Assembly (NCBI RefSeq): GCF_009914755.1
Contig: NC_060928.1
Length of the DNA stretch: 64,000 nucleotides
Reading direction: 5' to 3' (one strand)
DNA from: the human T2T-CHM13v2.0 reference genome, Homo sapiens
In this document: piece after piece, positions 39,801-54,800 of the stretch
Layout: the number at the start of each line of letters is the position of its first letter
Numbering within the stretch: the first letter of the stretch is position 1
Notes under the pieces: model-generated
What the model was told of the DNA's origin: nothing
Databases searched by the model: none
Seen by the model: the letters and a program-made list of their open reading frames with translations, nothing else
Program-made: the position numbers and the translations under genes

Positions 39801-42800
39801 GAACCATTGCTTGGATACAGCATTTTGGAAACATTCCTTGAGTAGAATCTGCAAGTTGATATTTAGATAGATTTGAAGATTTCGTTGGAAAAGGGAATAT
39901 CTCCATATAAAATCTAGAGGGAAGCATTCTCAGAAACTGCTTTGTGATGTTTCCATTCAAGTCACAGAGTTGAATATTCCCTTTTATAGAGCACGTTTGA
40001 AACACTCTTTCTGCACTATCTGGAAGTGGACATTTCGAGCGCTTTGAGGCCTATGGTGAAAAAGGAAATATCTTCCCATAAAAACTAGACAGAAGCATTC
40101 TCAGAAACTTGTTTGTGATGTGTGTATTCAACTAACAGAGTTGAACTTTTGTTTTTACAGAGCCGTTTTAAAACACTCTTTTTGTGGAATCAGAAAGTGG
40201 ATATTCGGATGGCTCTGAGGATTTCGTTGGAAGCGGGATTACGTATAAAATCTAGAGAGAAGCATTCTCAGGAACTTCTTTGTGATGTTTGCATTGAAGT
40301 CACAGAATTGAACATTCACTTTGATAGAGCAGGTTTGAAACACTCATTCTGTAGTATCTGGAAGTGGACATTTCAAGCGCTTTCAGGCCTATGGTGAGAA
40401 AGGAAATATCTTCGAATAAAAACTAGACAGAAGCATCCTCAGAAACTTATTTGTGATGTGTGTCCTCAACTAACAGAGTTGAAACTTTGTTTTGATACAG
40501 CATTTTGGAAACACTCTTTTTGTAGAATCTGCAGGTGGATATTTGGATAGCTTAGAGGGATTCGTTGGAAAGGGGATATCTTCATATAAAATCTAGACAG
40601 AAGCATTCTCAGAAACTTATTTGTGATGTGTGTCCTCAACTAACAGAGTTGAACCTTGGTTTTGATACAGCATTTTGGAAACACTCCTTTTGTAGAATCT
40701 GCAGGTGGATATGTGGATAGCTCTGAAGATTTCGTTGGAAACGGGAATTTCTTCATATAAAATCAAACAGAAGCATTCTCAGAAACTTCTCAGTGATGTT
40801 TGCATTCAGCTCATGGAGTTGAACACTTCCTTTCATAGAGCCGGTTTGAAACACTCTTTCTGCACTACCTGGAAGAGGACATTTCGAGCGCTTTGAGTCC
40901 TATGGTGAAAAAGGAAATATCTTCTCATAGAAACCAGAAAGAAGCATTCTCAGAAACTTCTTTGTGTTGTGTGTACTCATGTAACAGTGTTGAACCATCC
41001 TTTTGACAGAGCAGTTTTGAAACACTCTTTTTGTAGAATCTGCAAGTGGATATTTGGATAGCTTTGAGGATTTCGTTGGAAACGGGATGACATATAATAT
41101 CTAGAGAGAAGCATTCTCAGGAACTTCTTTGTGATGTTTGCATTCAAGTCACAGAATTGAACATTCCCTTTCATAGAGCAGGTTTGAAACACTCTTTCTC
41201 TAGTATCTGGAAGTGGGCATTTCAAGCGCTTTCAGGCCTATGGAGAGAAAGGAAATACCTTCAAATAAAAACTAGACAGAAGCATTCTCAGAAACTTATT
41301 TGTGATGTGTGTCCTCAACTAACAGAGTTGAACCTTTGTTTTGATACAGCATTTTGGAAACACTCCTTTTGTAGAATCTGCAGGTGGATATTTGGATAGC
41401 TTTGAAGATTTCGTTGGAAACCGGAATATCTTCATATAAAATCAAGACAGAAGCATTCTCGGAAACATCTCTGTGATGTTTGCATTCAACTCAGTAGAGT
41501 TGAACACTTCCTTTCATAGAGCAGGTTTGAAACACTCTTTCTGCACTACCTGGAAGCGGACATTTCGAGCGCTTTGAGGCCTATGGTGAAAAAGGAAATA
41601 TCTTCTCATAAAAACCAGAAAGAAGCATTCTCAGAAACTTCTTTGTGTTGTGTGTACTCAAGTAACAGTGTTGAACCTTCCTTTTGACACAGCAGTTTTG
41701 AAACACTCTTTTGGTAGAATCTGCAAGTGGATATTTGGATAGCTTTGAGGATTTCGTTGGAAACGGGTTATCTTCATATAAAATCCAGACAGGAGCATTC
41801 TCAGAAACTTCTTTGTGCTGTATGTCCTCAATTCACAGAGCTGAACCTTTGTTTGGATACAGCATTTTGGAGACATTCCTTTAGTAGAATCTGCAAGTTG
41901 ATATTTAGATAGCTTTGAAGATTTCGTTGGAAACGGGAATATCTTCATAGAAAATCTAGACGGAAGCATTCTCAGAAACTGCTTTGTGATGTTTGCATTC
42001 AAGTCACAGAGTTGAATATTCCCTTTTATAGAGTAGGTTTGAAACACTCTTTCGGCACTACCTGGAAGTGGATATTTCGAGCTCTTTGAGACCTATGGTT
42101 AAAAGGAAATATCTTCCCATAAAAACTAGACAGAAGCCGTCTCAGAAACTTGTTTGTGATGTGTGTATTCAACTAACAGAGTTGAACATTTCTGTTACAG
42201 AGCAATTTTAAAACACTCTTTTTGTGGAATCTGAAAGTGGATAATTGGATAGCTTTGTGGATTTCGTTGGAAACGGGATGACGTATAAAATCTAGAGAGA
42301 AGCATTCTCAGGAACTTCTTTCTGATGTTTGCATTCAAGTCACAGAATTGAACATTCCTTTTCATAGTGCAGGTTTGAAACACTCTTTCTGTAGTATCTG
42401 GAAGTGGACATTTCAAGCGCTTTCAGGCCTACGGGGAGAAAGGAAATATCTTCAAATAAAAACTAGACAGAAGGATTCTCAGAAACTTATTTGTGATGTG
42501 TGTCCTAAACGAACACAGTTGAACCTTTGTTTTGATACAGCATTTTGGAAACACTCCTTTTGTAGGATCTGCAGGTGGATATTTGGATAGATTTTAAGAT
42601 TTCGTTGGAAACGGGAGTTTCTTCATAGAAACTCAAGACAGATGCATTCTCAGAAACATCTCTGTGATGTTTGCATTCCACTCATAGTGTTGAAAACTTC
42701 CTTTCATAGAGCAGGTTTGAAACACTCTTTTTGTAATATTTGGAAGTGGACATTTGCAGCGCTTTGAGGCCTATGGTGAAAAAGGAAATATCTTCTCATA

Positions 42801-45800
42801 AAAACCAGAAACAAGCATTCTCAGAAACTTCTTTTTGATGTGTGTACTCAAGTAACAGAGTTGAACCTTCCTTTTGACACAGCAGTTTTGAAACAATCTT
42901 TTTGTAGAATCTGCAAGTGGATATTTGGATAGCTTTGAGGATTTCGTTGGAAACGGGATATCTTCATATAAAATCTAGACAGAAGCATTCTCAGAAACTT
43001 CTTTGTGCTGTATGTCCTCAATTAACAGAGTTGAACCATTGCTTGGATACAGCATTTTGGAAACATTCCTTGAGTAGAATCTACAAGTTGATATTTAGAT
43101 AGATTTGAAGATTTCGTTGGAAAAGGGAATATCTCCATATAAAATCTAGAGGGAAGCATTCTCAGAAACTGCTTTGTGATGTTTCCATTCAAGTCACAGA
43201 GTTGAATATTCCCTTTTATAGAGCACGTTTGAAACACTCTTTCTGCACTATCTGGAAGTGGACATTTCGAGCGCTTTGAGGCCTATGGTGAAAAAGGAAA
43301 TATCTTCCCATAAAAACTAGACAGAAGCATTCTCAGAAACTTGTTTGTGATGTGTGTATTCAACTAACAGAGTTGAACTTTTGTTTTTACAGAGCCGTTT
43401 TAAAACACTCTTTTTGTGGAATCAGAAAGTGGATATTCGGATGGCTCTGAGGATTTCGTTGGAAGCGGGATTACGTATAAAATCTAGAGAGAAGCATTCT
43501 CAGGAACTTCTTTGTGATGTTTGCATTGAAGTCACAGAATTGAACATTCACTTTGATAGAGCAGGTTTGAAACACTCATTCTGTAGTATCTGGAAGTGGA
43601 CATTTCAAGCGCTTTCAGGCCTATGGTGAGAAAGGAAATATCTTCGAATAAAAACTAGACAGAAGCATCCTCAGAAACTTATTTGTGATGTGTGTCCTCA
43701 ACTAACAGAGTTGAAACTTTGTTTTGATACAGCATTTTGGAAACACTCTTTTTGTAGAATCTGCAGGTGGATATTTGGATAGCTTAGAGGGATTCGTTGG
43801 AAAGGGGATATCTTCATATAAAATCTAGACAGAAGCATTCTCAGAAACTTATTTGTGATGTGTGTCCTCAACTAACAGAGTTGAACCTTTGTTTTGATAC
43901 AGCATTTTGGAAACACTCCTTTTGTAGAATCTGCAGGTGGATATGTGGATAGCTCTGAAGATTTCGTTGGAAACGGGAATTTCTTCATATAAAATCAAAC
44001 AGAAGCATTCTCAGAAACTTCTCAGTGATGTTTGCATTCAGCTCATGGAGTTGAACACTTCCTTTCATAGAGCCGGTTTGAAACACTCTTTCTGCACTAC
44101 CTGGAAGAGGACATTTCGAGCGCTTTGAGTCCTATGGTGAAAAAGGAAATATCTTCTCATAAAAACCAGAAAGAAGTATTCTCAGAAACTTCTTTGTGTT
44201 GTGTGTACTCATGTAACAGTGTTGAACCATCCTTTTGACAGAGCAGTTTTGAAACACTCTTTTTGTAGAATCTGCAAGTGGATATTTGGATAGATTTGAG
44301 GATTTCGTTGGAAACGGGATGACATATAATATCTAGAGAGAAGCATTCTCAGGAACTTCTTTGTGATGTTTGCATTCAAGTCACAGAATTGAACATTCCC
44401 TTTCATAGAGCAGGTTTGAAACACTCTTTCTCTAGTATCTGGAAGTGGGCATTTCAAGCGCTTTCAGGCCTATGGAGAGAAAGGAAATACCTTCAAATAA
44501 AAACTAGACAGAAGCATTCTCAGAAACTTATTTGTGATGTGTGTCCTCAACTAACAGAGTTGAACCTTTGTTTTGATACAGCATTTTGGAAACACTCCTT
44601 TTGTAGAATCTGCAGGTGGATATTTGGATAGCTTTGAAGATTTCGTTGGAAACCGGAATATCTTCATATAAAATCAAGACAGAAGCATTCTCGGAAACAT
44701 CTCTGTGATGTTTGCATTCAACTCAGTAGAGTTGAACACTTCCTTTCATAGAGCAGGTTTGAAACACTCTTTCTGCACTACCTGGAAGCGGACATTTCGA
44801 GCGCTTTGAGGCCTATGGTGAAAAAGGAAATATCTTCTCATAAAAACCAGAAAGAAGCATTCTCAGAAACTTCTTTGTGTTGTGTGTACTCAAGTAACAG
44901 TGTTGAACCTTCCTTTTGACACAGCAGTTTTGAAACACTCTTTTGGTAGAATCTGCAAGTGGATATTTGGATAGCTTTGAGGATTTCGTTGGAAACGGGT
45001 TATCTTCATATAAAATCCTGACAGGAGCATTCTCAGAAACTTCTTTGTGCTGTATGTCCTCAATTCACAGAGCTGAACCTTTGTTTGGATACAGCATTTT
45101 GGAGACATTCCTTTAGTAGAATCTGCAAGTTGATATTTAGATAGCTTTGAAGATTTCGTTGGAAACTGGAATATCTTCATAGAAAATCTAGACGGAAGCA
45201 TTCTCAGAAACTGCTTTGTGATGTTTGCATTCAAGTCACAGAGTTGAATATTCCCTTTTATAGAGTAGGTTTGAAACACTCTTTCGGCACTACCTGGAAG
45301 TGGATATTTCGAGCTCTTTGAGGCCTATGGTTAAAAGGAAATATCTTCCCATAAAAACTAGACAGAAGCCGTCTCAGAAACTTGTTTGTGATGTGTGTAT
45401 TCAACTAACAGAGTTGAACATTTCTGTTACAGAGCAATTTTAAAACACTCTTTTTGTGGAATCTGAAAGTGGATAATTGGATAGCTTTGTGGATTTCGTT
45501 GGAAACGGGATGACGTATAAAATCTAGAGAGAAGCATTCTCAGGAACTTCTTTCTGATGTTTGCATTCAAGTCACAGAATTGAACATTCCTTTTCATAGT
45601 GCAGGTTTGAAACACTCTTTCTGTAGTATCTGGAAGTGGACATTTCAAGCGCTTTCAGGCCTACGGGGAGAAAGGAAATATCTTCAAATAAAAACTAGAC
45701 AGAAGGATTCTCAGAAACTTATTTGTGATGTGTGTCCTAAACGAACACAGTTGAACCTTTGTTTTGATACAGCATTTTGGAAACACTCCTTTTGTAGGAT

Positions 45801-48800
45801 CTGCAGGTGGATATTTGGATAGATTTTAAGATTTCGTTGGAAACGGGAGTTTCTTCATATAAACTCAAGACAGATGCATTCTCCGAAACATCTCTGTGAT
45901 GTTTGCATTCCACTCATAGTGTTGAAAACTTCCTTTCATAGAGCAGGTTTGAAACACTCTTTTTGTAATATTTGGAAGTGGACATTTGCAGCGCTTTGAG
46001 GCCTATGGTGAAAAAGGAAATATCTTCTCATAAAAACCAGAAACAAGCATTCTCAGAAACTTCTTTTTGATGTGTGTACTCAAGTAACAGAGTTGAACCT
46101 TCCTTTTGACACAGCAGTTTTGAAACAATCTTTTTGTAGAATCTGCAAGTGGATATTTGGATAGCTTTGAGGATTTCGTTGGAAACGGGATATCTTCATA
46201 TAAAATCTAGACAGAAGCATTCTCAGAAACTTCTTTGTGCTGTATGTCCTCAATTAACAGAGTTGAACCATTGCTTGGATACAGCATTTTGGAAACATTC
46301 CTTGAGTAGAATCTGCAAGTTGATATTTAGATAGATTTGAAGATTTCGTTGGAAAAGGGAATATCTCCTTATAAAATCTAGAGGGAAGCATTCTCAGAAA
46401 CTGCTTTGTGATGTTTCCATTCAAGTCACAGAGTTGAATATTCCCTTTTATAGAGCACGTTTGAAACACTCTTTCTGCACTATCTGGAAGTGGACATTTC
46501 GAGCGCTTTGAGGCCTATGGTGAAAAAGGAAATATCTTCCCATAAAAACTAGACAGAAGCATTCTCAGAAACTTGTTTGTGATGTGTGTATTCAACTAAC
46601 AGAGTTGAACTTTTGTTTTTACAGAGCCGTTTTAAAACACTCTTTTTGTGGAATCAGAAAGTGGATATTCGGATGGCTCTGAGGATTTCGTTGGAAGCGG
46701 GATTACATATAAAATCTAGAGAGAAGCATTCTCAGGAACTTCTTTGTGATGTTTGCATTGAAGTCACAGAATTGAACATTCACTTTGATAGAGCAGGTTT
46801 GAAACACTCATTCTGTAGTATCTGGAAGTGGACATTTCAAGCGCTTTCAGGCCTATGGTGAGAAAGGAAATATCTTCAAATAAAAACTAGACAGAAGCAT
46901 CCTCAGAAACTTATTTGTGATGTGTGTCCTCAACTAACAGAGTTGAAACTTTGTTTTGATACAGCATTTTGGAAACACTCTTTTTGTAGAATCTGCAGGT
47001 GGATATTTGGATAGCTTAGAGGGATTCGTTGGAAAGGGGATATCTTCATATAAAATCTAGACAGAAGCATTCTCAGAAACTTATTTGTGATGTGTGTCCT
47101 CAACTAACAGAGTTGAACCTTGGTTTTGATACAGCATTTTGGAAACACTCCTTTTGTAGAATCTGCAGGTGGATATGTGGATAGCTCTGAAGATTTCATT
47201 GGAAACGGGAATTTCTTCATATAAAATCAAACAGAAGCATTCTCAGAAACTTCTCAGTGATGTTTGCATTCAGCTCATGGAGTTGAACACTTCCTTTCAT
47301 AGAGCCGGTTTGAAACACTCTTTCTGCACTACCTGGAAGAGGACATTTCGAGCGCTTTGAGTCCTATGGTGAAAAAGGAAATATCTTCTCATAAAAACCA
47401 GAAAGAAGCATTCTCAGAAACTTCTTTGTGTTGTGTGTACTCATGTAACAGTGTTGAACCATCCTTTTGACAGAGCAGTTTTGAAACACTCTTTTTGTAG
47501 AATCTGCAAGTGGATATTTGGATAGCTTTGAGGATTTCGTTGGAAACGGGATGACATATAATATCTAGAGAGAAGCATTCTCAGGAACTTCTTTGTGATG
47601 TTTGCATTCAAGTCACAGAATTGAACATTCCCTTTCATAGAGCAGGTTTGAAACACTCTTTCTCTAGTATCTGGAAGTGGGCATTTCAAGCGCTTTCAGG
47701 CCTATGGAGAGAAAGGAAATACCTTCAAATAAAAACTAGACAGAAGCATTCTCAGAAACTTATTTGTGATGTGTGTCCTCAACTAACAGAGTTGAACCTT
47801 TGTTTTGATACAGCATTTTGGAAACACTCCTTTTGTAGAATCTGCAGGTGGATATTTGGATAGCTTTGAAGATTTCGTTGGAAACCGGAACATCTTCATA
47901 TAAAATCAAGACAGAAGCATTCTCGGAAACATCTCTGTGATGTTTGCATTCAACTCAGTAGAGTTGAACACTTCCTTTCATAGAGCAGGTTTGAAACACT
48001 CTTTCTGCACTACCTGGAAGCGGACATTTCGAGCGCTTTGAGGCCTATGGTGAAAAAGGAAATATCTTCTCATAAAAACCAGAAAGAAGCATTCTCAGAA
48101 ACTTCTTTGTGTTGTGTGTACTCAAGTAACAGTGTTGAACCTTCCTTTTGACACAGCAGTTTTGAAACACTCTTTTGGTAGAATCTGCAAGTGGATATTT
48201 GGATAGCTTTGAGGATTTCGTTGGAAACTTGTTATCTTCATATAAAATCCAGACAGGAGCATTCTCAGAAACTTCTTTGTGCTGTATGTCCTCAATTCAC
48301 AGAGCTGAACCTTTGTTTGGATACAGCATTTTGGAGACATTCCTTTAGTAGAATCTGCAAGTTGATATTTAGATAGCTTTGAAGATTTCGTTGGAAACGG
48401 GAATATCTTCATAGAAAATCTAGACGGAAGCATTCTCAGAAACTGCTTTGTGATGTTTGCATTCAAGTCACAGAGTTGAATATTCCCTTTTATAGAGTAG
48501 GTTTGAAACACTCTTTCGGCACTACCTGGAAGTGGATATTTCGAGCTCTTTGAGGCCTATGGTTAAAAGGAAATATCTTCCCATAAAAACTAGACAGAAG
48601 CCGTCTCAGAAACTTGTTTGTGATGTGTGTATTCAACTAACAGAGTTGAACATTTCTGTTACAGAGCAATTTTAAAACACTCTTTTTGTGGAATCTGAAA
48701 GTGGATAATTGGATAGCTTTGTGGATTTCGTTGGAAACGGGATGACGTATAAAATCTAGAGAGAAGCATTCTCAGGAACTTCTTTCTGATGTTTGCATTC

Positions 48801-51800
48801 AAGTCACAGAATTGAACATTCCTTTTCATAGTGCAGGTTTGAAACACTCTTTCTGTAGTATCTGGAAGTGGACATTTCAAGCGCTTTCAGGCCTACGGGG
48901 AGAAAGGAAATATCTTCAAATAAAAACTAGACAGAAGGATTCTCAGAAACTTATTTGTGATGTGTGTCCTAAACGAACACAGTTGAACCTTTGTTTTGAT
49001 ACAGCATTTTGGAAACACTCCTTTTGTAGGATCTGCAGGTGGATATTTGGATAGATTTTAAGATTTCGTTGGAAACGGGAGTTTCTTCATATAAACTCAA
49101 GACAGATGCATTCTCCGAAACATCTCTGTGATGTTTGCATTCCACTCATAGTGTTGAAAACATCCTCTCATAGAGCAGGTTTGAAACACTCTTTTTGTAA
49201 TATTTGGAAGTGGACATTTGCAGCGCTTTGAGGCCTATGGTGAAAAAGGAAATATCTTCTCATAAAAACCAGAAACAAGCATTCTCAGAAACTTCTTTTT
49301 GATGTGTGTACTCAAGTAACAGAGTTGAACCTTCCTTTTGACACAGCAGTTTTGAAACAATCTTTTTGTAGAATCTGCAAGTGGATATTTGGATAGCTTT
49401 GAGGATTTCGTTGGAAACGGGATATCTTCATATAAAATCTAGACAGAAGCATTCTCAGAAACTTCTTTGTGCTGTATGTCCTCAATTAACAGAGTTGAAC
49501 CATTGCTTGGATACAGCATTTTGGAAACATTCCTTGAGTAGAATCTGCAAGTTGATATTTAGATAGATTTGAAGATTTCGTTGGAAAAGGGAATATCTCC
49601 ATATAAAATCTAGAGGGAAGCATTCTCAGAAACTGCTTTGTGATGTTTCCATTCAAGTCACAGAGTTGAATATTCCCTTTTATAGAGCACGTTTGAAACA
49701 CTCTTTCTGCACTATCTGGAAGTGGACATTTCGAGCGCTTTGAGGCCTATGGTGAAAAAGGAAATATCTTCCCATAAAAACTAGACAGAAGCATTCTCAG
49801 AAACTTGTTTGTGATGTGTGTATTCAACTAACAGAGTTGAACTTTTGTTTTTACAGAGCCGTTTTAAAACACTCTTTTTGTGGAATCAGAAAGTGGATAT
49901 TCGGATGGCTCTGAGGATTTCGTTGGAAGCGGGATTACATATAAAATCTAGAGAGAAGCATTCTCAGGAACTTCTTTGTGATGTTTGCATTGAAGTCACA
50001 GAATTGAACATTCACTTTGATAGAGCAGGTTTGAAACACTCATTCTGTAGTATCTGGAAGTGGACATTTCAAGCGCTTTCAGGCCTATGGTGAGAAAGGA
50101 AATATCTTCGAATAAAAACTAGACAGAAGCATCCTCAGAAACTTATTTGTGATGTGTGTCCTCAACTAACAGAGTTGAAACTTTGTTTTGATACAGCATT
50201 TTGGAAACACTCTTTTTGTAGAATCTGCAGGTGGATATTTGGATAGCTTAGAGGGATTCGTTGGAAAGGGGATATCTTCATATAAAATCTAGACAGAAGC
50301 ATTCTCAGAAACTTATTTGTGATGTGTGTCCTCAACTAACAGAGTTGAACCTTGGTTTTGATACAGCATTTTGGAAACACTCCTTTTGTAGAATCTGCAG
50401 GTGGATATGTGGATAGCTCTGAAGATTTCGTTGGAAACGGGAATTTCTTCATATAAAATCAAACAGAAGCATTCTCAGAAACTTCTCAGTGATGTTTGCA
50501 TTCAGCTCATGGAGTTGAACACTTCCTTTCATAGAGCCGGTTTGAAACACTCTTTCTGCACTACCTGGAAGAGGACATTTCGAGCGCTTTGAGTCCTATG
50601 GTGAAAAAGGAAATATCTTCTCATAAAAACCAGAAAGAAGCATTCTCAGAAACTTCTTTGTGTTGTGTGTACTCATGTAACAGTGTTGAACCATCCTTTT
50701 GACAGAGCAGTTTTGAAACACTCTTTTTGTAGAATCTGCAAGTGGATATTTGGATAGCTTTGAGGATTTCGTTGGAAACGGGATGACATATAATATCTAG
50801 AGAGAAGCATTCTCAGGAACTTCTTTGTGATGTTTGCATTCAAGTCACAGAATTGAACATTCCCTTTCATAGAGCAGGTTTGAAACACTCTTTCTCTAGT
50901 ATCTGGAAGTGGGCATTTCAAGCGCTTTCAGGCCTATGGAGAGAAAGGAAATACCTTCAAATAAAAACTAGACAGAAGCATTCTCAGAAACTTATTTGTG
51001 ATGTGTGTCCTCAACTAACAGAGTTGAACCTTTGTTTTGATACAGCATTTTGGAAACACTCCTTTTGTAGAATCTGCAGGTGGATATTTGGATAGCTTTG
51101 AAGATTTCGTTGGAAACCGGAATATCTTCATATAAAATCAAGACAGAAGCATTCTCGGAAACATCTCTGTGATGTTTGCATTCAACTCAGTAGAGTTGAA
51201 CACTTCCTTTCATAGAGCAGGTTTGAAACACTCTTTCTGCACTACCTGGAAGCGGACATTTCGAGCGCTTTGAGGCCTATGGTGAAAAAGGAAATATCTT
51301 CTCATAAAAACCAGAAAGAAGCATTCTCAGAAACTTCTTTGTGTTGTGTGTACTCAAGTAACAGTGTTGAACCTTCCTTTTGACACAGCAGTTTTGAAAC
51401 ACTCTTTTGGTAGAATCTGCAAGTGGATATTTGGATAGCTTTGAGGATTTCGTTGGAAACGGGTTATCTTCATATAAAATCCAGACAGGAGCATTCTCAG
51501 AAACTTCTTTGTGCTGTATGTCCTCAATTCACAGAGCTGAACCTTTGTTTGGATACAGCATTTTGGAGACATTCCTTTAGTAGAATCTGCAAGTTGATAT
51601 TTAGATAGCTTTGAAGATTTCGTTGGAAACGGGAATATCTTCATAGAAAATCTAGACGGAAGCATTCTCAGAAACTGCTTTGTGATGTTTGCATTCAAGT
51701 CACAGAGTTGAATATTCCCTTTTATAGAGTAGGTTTGAAACACTCTTTCGGCACTACCTGGAAGTGGATATTTGGAGCTCTTTGAGGCCTATGGTTAAAA

Positions 51801-54800
51801 GGAAATATCTTCCCATAAAAACTAGACAGAAGCCGTCTCAGAAACTTGTTTGTGATGTGTGTATTCAACTAACAGAGTTGAACATTTCTGTTACAGAGCA
51901 ATTTTAAAACACTCTTTTTGTGGAATCTGAAAGTGGATAATTGGATAGCTTTGTGGATTTCGTTGGAAACGGGATGACGTATAAAATCTAGAGAGAAGCA
52001 TTCTCAGGAACTTCTTTCTGATGTTTGCATTCAAGTCACAGAATTGAACATTCCTTTTCATAGTGCAGGTTTGAAACACTCTTTCTGTAGTATCTGGAAG
52101 TGGACATTTCAAGCGCTTTCAGGCCTACGGGGAGAAAGGAAATATCTTCAAATAAAAACTAGACAGAAGGATTCTCAGAAACTTATTTGTGATGTGTGTC
52201 CTAAACGAACACAGTTGAACCTTTGTTTTGATACAGCATTTTGGAAACACTCCTTTTGTAGGATCTGCAGGTGGATATTTGGATAGATTTTAAGATTTCG
52301 TTGGAAACGGGAGTTTCTTCATATAAACTCAAGACAGATGCATTCTCCGAAACATCTCTGTGATGTTTGCATTCCACTCATAGTGTTGAAAACATCCTCT
52401 CATAGAGCAGGTTTGAAACACTCTTTTTGTAATATTTGGAAGTGGACATTTGCAGCGCTTTGAGGCCTATGGTGAAAAAGGAAATATCTTCTCATAAAAA
52501 CCAGAAACAAGCATTCTCAGAAACTTCTTTTTGATGTGTGTACTCAAGTAACAGAGTTGAACCTTCCTTTTGACACAGCAGTTTTGAAACAATCTTTTTG
52601 TAGAATCTGCAAGTGGATATTTGGATAGCTTTGAGGATTTCGTTGGAAACGGGATATCTTCATATAAAATCTAGACAGAAGCATTCTCAGAAACTTCTTT
52701 GTGCTGTATGTCCTCAATTAACAGAGTTGAACCATTGCTTGGATACAGCATTTTGGAAACATTCCTTGAGTAGAATCTGCAAGTTGATATTTAGATAGAT
52801 TTGAAGATTTCGTTGGAAAAGGGAATATCTCCATATAAAATCTAGAGGGAAGCATTCTCAGAAACTGCTTTGTGATGTTTCCATTCAAATCACAGAGTTG
52901 AATATTCCCTTTTATAGAGCACGTTTGAAACACTCTTTCTGCACTATCTGGAAGTGGACATTTCGAGCGCTTTGAGGCCTATGGTGAAAAAGGAAATATC
53001 TTCCCATAAAAACTAGACAGAAGCATTCTCAGAAACTTGTTTGTGATGTGTGTATTCAACTAACAGAGTTGAACTTTTGTTTTTACAGAGCCGTTTTAAA
53101 ACACTCTTTTTGTGGAATCAGAAAGTGGATATTCGGATGGCTCTGAGGATTTCGTTGGAAGCGGGATTACATATAAAATCTAGAGAGAAGCATTCTCAGG
53201 AACTTCTTTGTGATGTTTGCATTGAAGTCACAGAATTGAACATTCACTTTGATAGAGCAGGTTTGAAACACTCATTCTGTAGTATCTGGAAGTGGACATT
53301 TCAAGCGCTTTCAGGCCTATGGTGAGAAAGGAAATATCTTCGAATAAAAACTAGACAGAAGCATCCTCAGAAACTTATTTGTGATGTGTGTCCTCAACTA
53401 ACAGAGTTGAAACTTTGTTTTGATACAGCATTTTGGAAACACTCTTTTTGTAGAATCTGCAGGTGGATATTTGGATAGCTTAGAGGGATTCGTTGGAAAG
53501 GGGATATCTTCATATAAAATCTAGACAGAAGCATTCTCAGAAACTTATTTGTGATGTGTGTCCTCAACTAACAGAGTTGAACCTTGGTTTTGATACAGCA
53601 TTTTGGAAACACTCCTTTTGTAGAATCTGCAGGTGGATATGTGGATAGCTCTGAAGATTTCGTTGGAAACGGGAATTTCTTCATATAAAATCAAACAGAA
53701 GCATTCTCAGAAACTTCTCAGTGATGTTTGCATTCAGCTCATGGAGTTGAACACTTCCTTTCATAGAGCCGGTTTGAAACACTCTTTCTGCACTACCTGG
53801 AAGAGGACATTTCGAGCGCTTTGAGTCCTATGGTGAAAAAGGAAATATCTTCTCATAAAAACCAGAAAGAAGCATTCTCAGAAACTTCTTTGTGTTGTGT
53901 GTACTCATGTAACAGTGTTGAACCATCCTTTTGACAGAGCAGTTTTGAAACACTCTTTTTGTAGAATCTGCAAGTGGATATTTGGATAGCTTTGAGGATT
54001 TCGTTGGAAACGGGATGACATATAATATCTAGAGAGAAGCATTCTCAGGAACTTCTTTGTGATGTTTGCATTCAAGTCACAGAATTGAACATTCCCTTTC
54101 ATAGAGCAGGTTTGAAACACTCTTTCTCTAGTATCTGGAAGTGGGCATTTCAAGCGCTTTCAGGCCTATGGAGAGAAAGGAAATACCTTCAAATAAAAAC
54201 TAGACAGAAGCATTCTCAGAAACTTATTTGTGATGTGTGTCCTCAACTAACAGAGTTGAACCTTTGTTTTGATACAGCATTTTGGAAACACTCCTTTTGT
54301 AGAATCTGCAGGTGGATATTTGGATAGCTTTGAAGATTTCGTTGGAAACCGGAATATCTTCATATAAAATCAAGACAGAAGCATTCTCGGAAACATCTCT
54401 GTGATGTTTGCATTCAACTCAGTAGAGTTGAACACTTCCTTTCATAGAGCAGGTTTGAAACACTCTTTCTGCACTACCTGGAAGCGGACATTTCGAGCGC
54501 TTTGAGGCCTATGGTGAAAAAGGAAATATCTTCTCATAAAAACCAGAAAGAAGCATTCTCAGAAACTTCTTTGTGTTGTGTGTACTCAAGTAACAGTGTT
54601 GAACCTTCCTTTTGACACAGCAGTTTTGAAACACTCTTTTGGTAGAATCTGCAAGTGGATATTTGGATAGCTTTGAGGATTTCGTTGGAAACGGGTTATC
54701 TTCATATAAAATCCAGACAGGAGCATTCTCAGAAACTTCTTTGTGCTGTATGTCCTCAATTCACAGAGCTGAACCTTTGTTTGGATACAGCATTTTGGAG

